Source: Infirmifilum sp. (lineage in GTDB: Archaea; Thermoproteota; Thermoprotei; Thermofilales; Thermofilaceae). Taken from it: a stretch of 13,275 nt of DNA. The notes under the pieces are model-generated. The model saw only the letters and a list, made by a program, of their open reading frames with translations. It searched no databases and was not told the DNA's origin. This document shows positions 1 through 8,106 of the stretch, piece by piece. The translations under genes and the position numbers were made by a program. The stretch lies in the NCBI GenBank assembly GCA_041287245.1, contig JBEULP010000083.1, positions 1 to 13,275 on the forward strand, given 5' to 3'. How positions within the stretch are numbered: the first letter of the stretch is position 1; each line of letters begins with the position of its first letter.

Positions 1-172
1 TTTTTAGTTCAAAGTTTGTCGAATAAAACTCTAAGGTTTTAGTTTTGGAGCTTGGGGTTAAGCTAAATTTTTTCCAAAATAAAAATTAGCCTCCAGGTCC
101 AGGTACAAGCACTCGGTCTGGTTGAACTAAAATCTTTATTAACGTTTAAGGGTGTTGTCTAAAGGGGTTAAA

Positions 173-532
173 ATGTTAAACGAGTCTCTAATAGGCTTGC
201 TCGCATCCTCTACGGTTACAGTTCTCTGGCTCTTAAACGGTAGGCCCGGCAGGGAGCAGCTAGAGGTCTTCGCGCTGGGTTTTGTCCTAGCCTTCATAGA
301 CGGCTTCATGGCAGCGTACCTTGCCCCCTTCTTCCCCGTCTTCGCATCCAAGGTCACCTTCCACATCTTCTACTACTTGCTTCTCGCGAGCCTCACAGCC
401 GTCCTGTACGCCTCGTATAGGCGCGTCGAGGACTTGAGGGTTTACGCGGTGGCCATGGCGCCGTGGTTATTCATACTCGTGCTTGTGGTGGCTGCGGCGC
501 TGACGAACTCGCGTGTAGTCTTCATAGTGTAG
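173..532 (+). CDS. Small hydrophobic membrane protein (about 4 predicted TM segments), function unknown
   Basis: ORF track gives 152..532 (GTG). The in-frame ATG at 173 is preferred because TTTAAG (145-150) lies about 25 nt upstream, as expected for a leaderless archaeal mRNA. Long hydrophobic runs: LIGLLASSTVTVLWLL, VFALGFVLAFIDGFMAAYLAPFF, IFYYLLLASLTAVLY, YAVAMAPWLFILVLVVAAAL. Confidence 0.75.
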   Translation: MLNESLIGLLASSTVTVLWLLNGRPGREQLEVFALGFVLAFIDGFMAAYLAPFFPVFASKVTFHIFYYLLLASLTAVLYASYRRVEDLRVYAVAMAPWLFILVLVVAAALTNSRVVFIV

Positions 533-996
533 TAACTACAAGCCTTGATAGGCTTAGGCGCCCCGCCGAATCCTGACCCTTCCTTCTCGGCGGGGTGGTC
601 TCGCGCCCTGTAGAAACTCCTGCAGCAAGGGTCTACCCCTCTGAGACGATTCAATGGGGGGGATGAGTGTGCGGCGGGCGTCGAATGCGTCTACTTTTCT
701 GTTCGAGATGTTTTTCAGAGCCTAACTTCGTGTTGGGTATAACACGCGGGTCTGGTGGGAGAGGGGGTTTACGAAAAACGCATTGATAGAAGGCTCTACA
801 GCTTTAACCGTCGTCAATCTCATGTTTTTGTTGAATGCATGTCTCGCTGGAGGCTCTTCTCGTCCAGCTGTAGAGGCGGAACCGCTAGCCCTCACGTTGA
901 TGCTTACCGGGCTTGTCCTTCAGGGTGGGAGGGAGTTAAACTGCTTGTTTGAACGTGTTTCCTTGGAAAGGCTCTTTCCGCTATACAATCAAATAA

Positions 997-1004
997 TTTT
1001 AATA
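997..1004 (+). promoter_or_regulatory. Putative archaeal TATA box for the aminotransferase
   Basis: TTTTAATA ends about 23 nt before the GTG start at 1027 and is preceded by an A-rich BRE-like stretch. Confidence 0.5.
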
Positions 1005-1026
1005 CTTGTTTTTCTAATGTCTATGT

Positions 1027-2226
1027 GTGAGGCAACCCCTCTTGTCCGCGAGGATAGGGAAGCTCGACTACCCTATTAGGAAGTTCAACTATCTCGCCCG
1101 ACAGCTGGAGGAGAAGGGGGAAAAGGTTATCTACCTTAACATTGGAGACCCCCTCAAGTACGACTTCTCAACCCCTAGGGGGCTCGTCGAGGAGGCTAGC
1201 AGGGCGCTCTCGGAGGGCCACAACTACTACGCGTCGTCGGACGGGGTAAAGGAGCTTAAGGAGGCGATAGCTGAGAAGGAGAACAGGTGGAACGGGGTTA
1301 AGGTTGACCCCTCCAACGTCCTCGTAACCTCTGGGGTTAGCGAGGCGTTGAACTCTCTCTACGCGGCGCTTGTGGACGAGGGTGACGAGGTCTTAATCCC
1401 GGACCCCAGCTACCCGCTATACATCAACTTCGCGGACTTTTACGGGGCGTCGAAGGTTTTCTACAGGACCGTGGAGGAGGAGGGCTGGGTTCCGGACGTG
1501 GACGACATTAGGAAGAAGATATCAAATAAAACAAAGTTTATTATGATAAACAACCCGCACAACCCCACAGGCGCCGTCTATAGCCAAACCCTCCTCAAGG
1601 AGATCCTCGACATCGCGGCTGAGCACGGCGTCCCCGTCGTGGCGGACGAGATTTACGACGCTCTAACCTTCGAGGGCGAGTTCAAGAGCGTCGGATCCCT
1701 TGCAGGCAGCGACAACGTAGTGATAGGCCTTAACGGTTTCTCGAAGACCTTCCTAGCCACCGGGTGGAGGGTGGGCTACATCTACCTCCTCGGCCCCGAC
1801 GAAGCAGTAACTCAGATTAAGAGCGGCATCCTAAACTTCCTCATGACGAGGCTCTCGGCTGTAACCCCCCTCCAGGTCGCGCTAGCCCGGTTCGCGACAA
1901 GGACCCCAAGCTTCCTGGAGGAGGCGAAGAGGAAGCTTGATGAGAGGCGGAGGTACGCTTACAAGAGGCTGAACGAGCTCCACGGGGTCTCCATGCCGGC
2001 AATTCCAAAGGGGGCTTTCTACGCCTTCCCCAGGATACAGGCGCCTATGGGGGACGAGGAGTTCGCAAAGAGGCTCCTCCTGGAGGAGAAGGTCTTCGTG
2101 GTCTACGGCTCCGGCTTCGGAAGCCTCGGTGCTAGCCACGTAAGGCTTGTCTACCTTCCACCCATAAACGTACTCGAGGAGGCCTTCGCGAGGATTGAGA
2201 GGTTTATGAGAAGAAACGCCGCCTAG
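1027..2226 (+). CDS. PLP-dependent aminotransferase class I/II, alanine aminotransferase-like
   Basis: Fold-type I motifs: LNIGDPLKYDF (recalls archaeal alanine aminotransferases), INNPHNPTGAVY, DEIYD, PLP-lysine motif GFSKTFLATGWRVGY, PKGAFYAF and GSGFG..G..HVRL. Confidence 0.93.
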   Translation: MRQPLLSARIGKLDYPIRKFNYLARQLEEKGEKVIYLNIGDPLKYDFSTPRGLVEEASRALSEGHNYYASSDGVKELKEAIAEKENRWNGVKVDPSNVLVTSGVSEALNSLYAALVDEGDEVLIPDPSYPLYINFADFYGASKVFYRTVEEEGWVPDVDDIRKKISNKTKFIMINNPHNPTGAVYSQTLLKEILDIAAEHGVPVVADEIYDALTFEGEFKSVGSLAGSDNVVIGLNGFSKTFLATGWRVGYIYLLGPDEAVTQIKSGILNFLMTRLSAVTPLQVALARFATRTPSFLEEAKRKLDERRRYAYKRLNELHGVSMPAIPKGAFYAFPRIQAPMGDEEFAKRLLLEEKVFVVYGSGFGSLGASHVRLVYLPPINVLEEAFARIERFMRRNAA

Positions 2227-2248
2227 CCGGCGGCCTTACAGGGGTAGC

Positions 2249-2677
2249 TTAAATAAACTCTATAACGCAGTACCCGCCCTCCCTCCTTACGCGCTCAAGC
2301 AGGGGCCTCGCACCCGAATATCCGCCTAGAAGGCCAGGGAGCGGGCAAAGCTTCACAGGCAGCTCGAGACCCCCGACGGCCTTGGGGCATACCCGGCAGG
2401 TGTCAGACCTCATCTTAAAGACAATTTTTTCTCCATCGTCTTCCACCTCAAAAACCCCGAGTTGCATGAGCTCTGCGGCTCTACTCACAAGGTCTTTTTT
2501 AGACCCGGAGCCCCCGTAGATCCTTATCAGCCTCTCTCCCGCCAACCTTGCAGCCTCGTTCACAACCGCGAAGTTTATCAATCCAAGTTCCCTTAGGGCC
2601 GCCAGGAAGGACGCGAAGAGGAGTTGACTCGCGCTTGGGTTTCTTGCACTGAGTTCATCGAGATATGTTTTGGACAA
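2249..2677 (-). CDS. Standalone V4R/HNOX-like small-molecule-binding domain protein with four Cys
   Basis: 142 aa, TTG start. Helical N-terminus (AARLAGERL), then beta strands (FEVEDDGEKIVFKM), then CRVC...LCPLPGLLGG...GGYCVIEF. This C..C/CP..G...G/C.F pattern matches V4R-type domains by recollection. Confidence 0.65.
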   Translation of the reverse strand: MSKTYLDELSARNPSASQLLFASFLAALRELGLINFAVVNEAARLAGERLIRIYGGSGSKKDLVSRAAELMQLGVFEVEDDGEKIVFKMRSDTCRVCPKAVGGLELPVKLCPLPGLLGGYSGARPLLERVRREGGYCVIEFI

Positions 2678-2889
2678 GTGAATCCCGATTCAAGTATATT
2701 ATTAATCATATATATTTATGTTGTAACCTTACAAAAGAATACTGCGATCGGTGAAAGCCTCCCTGGAGGTTCCGGTATCCTAAGGCATGGGTGTGGCTCC
2801 GGCAGCTTAAACGTGGAGGGCAGACGCGAAAACTAGGGGGTCTTGGAAATTCATGGCTTGCAACCCCTGCGTAAGCGCTTAAAGTATGC

Positions 2890-2897
2890 CTTATAAA
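2890..2897 (+). promoter_or_regulatory. Putative TATA box for fdhD
   Basis: CTTATAAA ends about 24 nt upstream of ATG 2921. Confidence 0.5.
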
Positions 2898-2920
2898 CGG
2901 TTATTACGAATGTTCAGACG

Positions 2921-3661
2921 ATGACCGTGTTTCACGCGCTACCCTTAATCTACCAGGATTACCTTGGCCAAGCCGTGGCCGTCGACGAGCCCTACGAGCT
3001 GTACGTTAACGGGAAGCTCTACGCCAGCCTGGCCGCCAACCCAGCAGCTCTTAGAGAGCTCGCCGTGGGCCTGCTGGTCGGAGACGGCGTCGCCGCACCA
3101 GAGGATATAACAAGCATAGAGATCCGGGGCGACGAGCGGGTCATAGAGGTTCTCGCTCGAAAAGCTGTCGATACCGCCCCGGGCCGCATCGAGGATTGCT
3201 CATCAGCTGCGGCTAAGGGTGTCCACGTGTCCTCTCAGGTTACATTGAAGATGGCTGAGATATTGGAGCTTGTAGGGGAGTTTGACCGCGAGGTACTTGA
3301 GACTGCGAAGCTGCTTGCCGTGCACTCTTCAGCCCTATTCAGCCTCGACAGGCAGGAGGGAGTCGTCGCGCACGACCCCAGCAGGCACGTGTCGGTGTTG
3401 AAGGCTCTGGGGGCGGGTTTTCTCAGGGGCTACGAGATGTCTTTCTCTATTTTACTTACAACTGGCCGCGCATCGAGCGATATCGTGGTAAGACTCGCGA
3501 GGGTAGGCGTCCCTGTCCTCGTATCACTTAAGGGGCCACTTATGAGTGGTTTGAAGGCCGCTGAGCTTCTAGGGGTTACCCTGGTGTTAAGGGTTAGAAC
3601 ACCTGAGGGGGGTAAGAGGCTCGCCCCCGTTAGTCATGCCTGGAGAATTAAGGGTATATGA
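2921..3661 (+). CDS. fdhD: FdhD/NarQ-family formate dehydrogenase accessory sulfurtransferase (divergent)
   Basis: VAVDEPYELYVNG, P..LRELAVG.L.GDG, VHSSALF, DPSRH...KALG, TTGRASSDIV, GVPVLVS..P...G...AE.LGVTL match the FdhD motif order. The gene is adjacent to the FDH structural genes. Confidence 0.88.
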   Translation: MTVFHALPLIYQDYLGQAVAVDEPYELYVNGKLYASLAANPAALRELAVGLLVGDGVAAPEDITSIEIRGDERVIEVLARKAVDTAPGRIEDCSSAAAKGVHVSSQVTLKMAEILELVGEFDREVLETAKLLAVHSSALFSLDRQEGVVAHDPSRHVSVLKALGAGFLRGYEMSFSILLTTGRASSDIVVRLARVGVPVLVSLKGPLMSGLKAAELLGVTLVLRVRTPEGGKRLAPVSHAWRIKGI

Positions 3662-3684
3662 GTTCTCACCGGAGCTTTAAAGAC

Positions 3685-3797
3685 AGTTTTAAAAAAAATT
3701 ATCTTTTCCTTATTTAAACATATGCAAATTAAAATATATTTTAAAATCTTAATAATTATTTATAAAACTTTTCATGATTAATTATATCTTGTAAAAC
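3685..3797 (+). promoter_or_regulatory. AT-rich promoter region of the FDH operon, with TATA box and palindromes
   Basis: Very AT-rich island in GC-rich DNA. TTTATAAAA (3759-3767) lies about 30 nt before ATG 3798. Perfect palindromes TTAAAATATATTTTAA (3729-3744) and AATAATTATT (3751-3760). Confidence 0.65.
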
Positions 3798-6700
3798 ATG
3801 ACAGCCACAAGAGAGGGAGAGTTAAAGTTAACGCGAAGAGACTTCTTCAGGGCTGCAGCCATAGGAACTCTCACCCCGCTTCTGACAAGTGGCGTTGCCG
3901 TACGGGCGGGAGACGGCTACATTCCAAGCTCTTCTCTGATTTACCAGCTTCAGAACGCGAAGATAACCCAGGTCGTCTGCCCCTACTGCTCCGTCGGCTG
4001 CCTAATCGACCTCTACACAGACGGTAACAAGCCGGTCTGGTCGACGGGCTCTCCGGGTTCACCCATAAACTTTGGGACTCTATGCCCTAAGGGCAAGGCT
4101 GCTCAAAGCCTCATAGAAAACCAGCTGCGCGTGACACAGCCTCTAATCAGGACAGGCCCCAAGCCGCCTGTTGACGAGATATTAAGCGCTAAGAGCTGGG
4201 ACGACCTGGTCGCGCTAGCTAAGAGATATCCACCGCAGTGGCGGGTCGCCACGTGGAGCGAGGCCTTCGACTACATTGCACGCAAAATGTCGAGCATCAT
4301 GAACTCCTACAGGAGCAGTACCAACGCACCCAGGCAGAAGGACGGCTGGTACTACGTGGGAAACCAGGCGCCTGTCCAGCTGATCGGTTCCTCGGTTATG
4401 GTTAACGAGGGAGGCTACCTTGTAAGCAAGCTAGCCGCCTTCCTGGGGACGTCGAACATAGACTCGCAGTATAGGAAATGCCACTCAAGCACAGTCTCAG
4501 GACTAGCCCTCACATACGGCTGGGGCGCTGAGACGGCTACGCTCGAGGACATACCACTAGCGAGCGTGATACTCATTTTCTCGAACCCGGCGGAGGCACA
4601 CCCCGTATCGGCGGAATACTTCCTTAAAGCCAAGGAGAACGGGGCCAAGGTGATAGTCTTCAACCCGACCTTCACAAGGACGGCTTTGCTGGCAGACATG
4701 TGGGTTCCCTTCAGGCCAGGCTCGGACGTTGCGATATTCAACTACATCCTCCACTACGCCTTCTTCGAACGATCCCCTCCAATTGACCAACTTCCAGAGT
4801 TCCAGGACCTGATGAAAAGGTGGAACGTAACGCAGGCCGACATCGACGACCTTAAGGCTATGCTCCAAGAATACGACGTCAACACGGCTTCAACGATCTC
4901 GGGGGTGCCGGCGGACACCCTCAGGACGGTGGCAAGCCTCTTCGTCGAAAACTCCGGCGTTACAACAGGCTTCAAGAAGAACAGCATCATCCAGTGGGCA
5001 ATGGGTATGACTCAACACACCAACGCGGTCGTCGGCGTCATCAGGGCCGCAGCTATCACCCAGCTTATCCTGGGCAACGTCGGCTACCCCGGCGGTGGAA
5101 CCCACCCGTTCAGGGGGCACAGTAATGTACAGGGTGTGACAGACGTCCAGGGTGGCGGTCTGGGCACCCTGCCCGGATACGTAGTTCCGCCTAGCAGCGC
5201 TATTATGGTTAGAGTATACCAGGACTGGAAGCTACAGGGAATGCCCGACGCTTGGAACTGGGAAGTGCCGGACTGGGGGGTAAGCGCCGTAGGCACGTCC
5301 AAGCCCGCGAAAGGACAGGCTGACCTGGCAAAGGTTCTCACTGTCTATTACTTCACAGGTTGGAGGAGGTTTGAGCTGCTGTGGGGCATCTTCATAGGCA
5401 CAGACCCCGAGACCGACCCGAAGAACGGTACAGTTATTAGCGATCTACCCTTCGGGACCGGTTACAGCGAAACCACGTGGCCCAGGTACGCTCTGAACGG
5501 GAACATAAGGGCGGCTTTCATCTTCGGCGAAAACCCCGCCATGAGCAACCCCGATACCAAGGTCATCTGGGCCGGCTTAGCCTCGCTCGACCTGCTCGTC
5601 GTCTCCGACATCTTTGAGACGGAGACAGCCTGGTTTGCAGACGTCCTCCTCCCAGCCGCGACGTCCTTCGGCGAGCAGGAGGGCACTAAGACGAACTCGG
5701 GCAGAGTCATCCAATGGACCTACAAGGCTGTTGAGCCGAAGGGGCAGGCGAGGCCGGACTACTGGATACTGGCTAACCTATTCAAGTACCTGTACGAGGC
5801 CGGCGTTATTGTCCTACCCAGCCAAGCATTCGGCAAGCCATCGGAGAAGGTCGTCTTCAAGGTTGCTGGCCAGATCACCCCGGTGTACGAGAGGCCCCTT
5901 AAGTTCCTACGCTCCTGGGACTACAGCGGCGGCGTCGGCGCGGCACAGCCTGTATCCCCGATAGAGGCTGAGGTCAACCCGAGGATTATAAACAAGGAGA
6001 TAAACTTCGCCGTGCTGCTCTACCAGGGCATGTACGACCCCGTCCGAGACTCTTTCCTGTCGATGAGGCAGGTGTCCAAGCTAAGAAAACCCGGGGAGAT
6101 AGACGGCTTGTTCAGCCAGTCCTTCGGGGTTTACAAGGACTGGGGATACTCGTGGCCCATGAACGTCCGATTCATGTACAACCTGGACTCGCTCGTCAAA
6201 AAGCTGGGCAAGTCAGACACCATTACTATAAACGGGGTAACCTACACGGTCACCGGGGAAACGGGCGAGATAATTGACGAGTATACAGGCGCTTATAGGC
6301 CGGCCTTCATACCTGGGCATAACTTCTGGGAGCATAGAGTGTTTAAGCGCCGGCTGAGCGGACAGGCAGACCTCTTCGGAGGCTTGGACCTGATAGAGTT
6401 CATCAGGACAAACCAGCTCGTGTTCCCCGGCAAGTTCGTCGTGGTGAAGGACGGCGCCGTAACCATCCTGAGCTACGAGGAGTTCGCCAGGCAGACAGGC
6501 ATGAAGTACCTCTGGGCAAACGACACCCTCTACTGGGACGACGCCACGGCGAGCCTGCCCGCTACGCTGAAGAGGTTGTTCTTCACGGGCGGGGGCTGGA
6601 AGGACTTTAAGCCCACCTACGACAAGATGAGAAGCATGCTTAAGACCTACTATGAGCAGACCCGCGACATGAAGCAAGCCATCCTCAAAACCATATCCGA

Positions 6701-7310
6701 GCTTGGAGGCTGGTACAAGGGCTACAGTTTCACGTGGCCGATACACACCGAACCTGCGGAGAGCCCCGACGTAAACCTCGCCCTGCAGTACCCCTCCGTG
6801 GCCTGGCTTAACCCGTTCAACCTAAATGTGCTCAAGGGTTGGCCTAACGTCGCCGCTGACAAGCCCGTCGGCGTCGCATTAACTCCAGACGACATATCTA
6901 AGATTCAGGGAGAGCTCGTTGTGATAACGAGCACGAGGGTGACAGAGCACTTCCACACGGGCGCGATGACTAGAAACGTGCCCCTACTCGTAGAGTTGGT
7001 GCCCGAGCCCTTCGTATACCTGCCACAGGAGCTGGCCTCCAAGTTAGGCGTAAAGTCCGGAGACTACGTGGAGATAATCACCGCCCGCGGCTCGGTTAGG
7101 ATGAGGGCGATCGTAACGCCCGGGCAGGCGGTGGTTCCCATTAACGGCTCAAAAGTACCGGTGATAACCGTGACCTGGTTCGGCGGGTTCCAAGGCTACT
7201 CTACAGGTCCACAGAGCAACATACTTAGCCCCGACGTTGTAGATGTTGTGACCACCATTCAGGAAAGTAAGGCTTGGATTGGTAAAGTTGTTAAGGCAGA
7301 GGTGATGTGA
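3798..7310 (+). CDS. fdhA: Formate dehydrogenase alpha subunit (FdnG/FdoG-like, Mo/W-bisPGD), Tat-exported, Cys-ligated
   Basis: Tat motif LTRRDFFRAAA; [4Fe-4S] motif CPYCSVGC...LCPKG; metal ligand region SQYRKCHSSTV (Cys228, TGC at 4479-4481); NPAEAHP; PFRGHSNVQG (FDH Arg motif); GENPA; D.FETETA..AD.LLPA; E.EGT.TNSGR.IQW; C-terminal molybdopterin dinucleotide domain T.R..EHFHTG.MTR. Confidence 0.95.
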   Translation: MTATREGELKLTRRDFFRAAAIGTLTPLLTSGVAVRAGDGYIPSSSLIYQLQNAKITQVVCPYCSVGCLIDLYTDGNKPVWSTGSPGSPINFGTLCPKGKAAQSLIENQLRVTQPLIRTGPKPPVDEILSAKSWDDLVALAKRYPPQWRVATWSEAFDYIARKMSSIMNSYRSSTNAPRQKDGWYYVGNQAPVQLIGSSVMVNEGGYLVSKLAAFLGTSNIDSQYRKCHSSTVSGLALTYGWGAETATLEDIPLASVILIFSNPAEAHPVSAEYFLKAKENGAKVIVFNPTFTRTALLADMWVPFRPGSDVAIFNYILHYAFFERSPPIDQLPEFQDLMKRWNVTQADIDDLKAMLQEYDVNTASTISGVPADTLRTVASLFVENSGVTTGFKKNSIIQWAMGMTQHTNAVVGVIRAAAITQLILGNVGYPGGGTHPFRGHSNVQGVTDVQGGGLGTLPGYVVPPSSAIMVRVYQDWKLQGMPDAWNWEVPDWGVSAVGTSKPAKGQADLAKVLTVYYFTGWRRFELLWGIFIGTDPETDPKNGTVISDLPFGTGYSETTWPRYALNGNIRAAFIFGENPAMSNPDTKVIWAGLASLDLLVVSDIFETETAWFADVLLPAATSFGEQEGTKTNSGRVIQWTYKAVEPKGQARPDYWILANLFKYLYEAGVIVLPSQAFGKPSEKVVFKVAGQITPVYERPLKFLRSWDYSGGVGAAQPVSPIEAEVNPRIINKEINFAVLLYQGMYDPVRDSFLSMRQVSKLRKPGEIDGLFSQSFGVYKDWGYSWPMNVRFMYNLDSLVKKLGKSDTITINGVTYTVTGETGEIIDEYTGAYRPAFIPGHNFWEHRVFKRRLSGQADLFGGLDLIEFIRTNQLVFPGKFVVVKDGAVTILSYEEFARQTGMKYLWANDTLYWDDATASLPATLKRLFFTGGGWKDFKPTYDKMRSMLKTYYEQTRDMKQAILKTISELGGWYKGYSFTWPIHTEPAESPDVNLALQYPSVAWLNPFNLNVLKGWPNVAADKPVGVALTPDDISKIQGELVVITSTRVTEHFHTGAMTRNVPLLVELVPEPFVYLPQELASKLGVKSGDYVEIITARGSVRMRAIVTPGQAVVPINGSKVPVITVTWFGGFQGYSTGPQSNILSPDVVDVVTTIQESKAWIGKVVKAEVM

Positions 7311-7311
7311 A

Positions 7312-8106
7312 GTGGCAGGAGGTTATGGTGTATTAGTAAATATTGACAAATGCATTGGTTGTAGGGCATGCGAGGTAGCCTGCAAGCAGTGGAACCAGCT
7401 TAAGCCTACCAAGACCGTCTTAACACCGACGCTCACGGAGCCCAGCTACTTGACTGCCGACGACTGGAAAGTGGTGAGGTTCGTATGGACAAACGGCGGA
7501 AACGGGTTACCGCCGTTCGTACCGCTACCTTATAACTGCCTGCACTGCTTAGACCCGCCCTGCGCCAGGACCTGCCCCACCGGTGCCATAAGGGTTTCCA
7601 GCACTGGAGCCGTGGTTATAGACGCAAGCCGTTGCATAGGGTGTGGCCAGTGCTCCACGGCGTGCCCCTACGGCATCCCTCAGCGGGGCGCCGACGGGAA
7701 GTACTACAAGTGTACCTTCTGCAACGACAGGATACAGTCAGGCTTAGCTCCGGCCTGCGTCTCAGCTTGCCCAACCGGGGCTCTGGAGTTCGGCACCTAT
7801 GAAAACATTGTAGCTAAGGCTAGGAACCTGCGGTCCCAGGGGAAGGTTGTCTACGGTCTAGACCTATCCCCGTTCAACGGCGGGGGCACGAGGTGGATCT
7901 TCGCCGCTTCGAAGGAGAAGGTAGCTGCTGTCGAGACCTTCCCGAAGTCCTCAGACGTTCCGGAGGCCATTATAAGGGAGCTTTTGAAGCCTCTAATAGC
8001 CTACGGTACCGGCCTGGCTACGATCGTGCTACTCTTGGCAGGCTTCGTGTCCTCGCGCACCTCGAAGAAATCCGGGGATGTTGAGGAGAAGGGTGGTTCG
8101 CAATGA
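7312..8106 (+). CDS. fdhB: Formate dehydrogenase iron-sulfur beta subunit (FdnH-like) with C-terminal TM anchor
   Basis: CIGCRACEVAC, CLHCLDPPCARTCP, CIGCGQCSTACP and KCTFC..RI..G..PACVSACP give four [4Fe-4S] groups. Hydrophobic C-terminal helix LIAYGTGLATIVLLLAGFV. SD-like GAGGTGAT at 7299-7306 precedes GTG 7312. Confidence 0.95.
   Translation: MAGGYGVLVNIDKCIGCRACEVACKQWNQLKPTKTVLTPTLTEPSYLTADDWKVVRFVWTNGGNGLPPFVPLPYNCLHCLDPPCARTCPTGAIRVSSTGAVVIDASRCIGCGQCSTACPYGIPQRGADGKYYKCTFCNDRIQSGLAPACVSACPTGALEFGTYENIVAKARNLRSQGKVVYGLDLSPFNGGGTRWIFAASKEKVAAVETFPKSSDVPEAIIRELLKPLIAYGTGLATIVLLLAGFVSSRTSKKSGDVEEKGGSQ

Noticed and set aside
612..649. Hammerhead ribozyme core (GAAAC...GUC...CUGA)
   Set aside because: CUGAGAC does not match CUGANGA, and there is no room for stem I.
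541..700. tRNA, RNase P RNA, SRP RNA or C/D sRNA
   Set aside because: No cloverleaf with a proper T-loop, no paired P4 signatures on one strand, no SRP helix 8 motif, and no correctly spaced C/D boxes were found by eye.
755..1079. ORFs 755..952 and 783..1079
   Set aside because: No recognisable motifs. The second runs through the aminotransferase promoter and start.
4479..4510. Selenocysteine recoding or a SECIS in the FDH alpha gene
   Set aside because: The ligand codon is TGC and the ORF has no internal TGA. The AGTC-TCAG-GACT stem downstream is only 4 bp.
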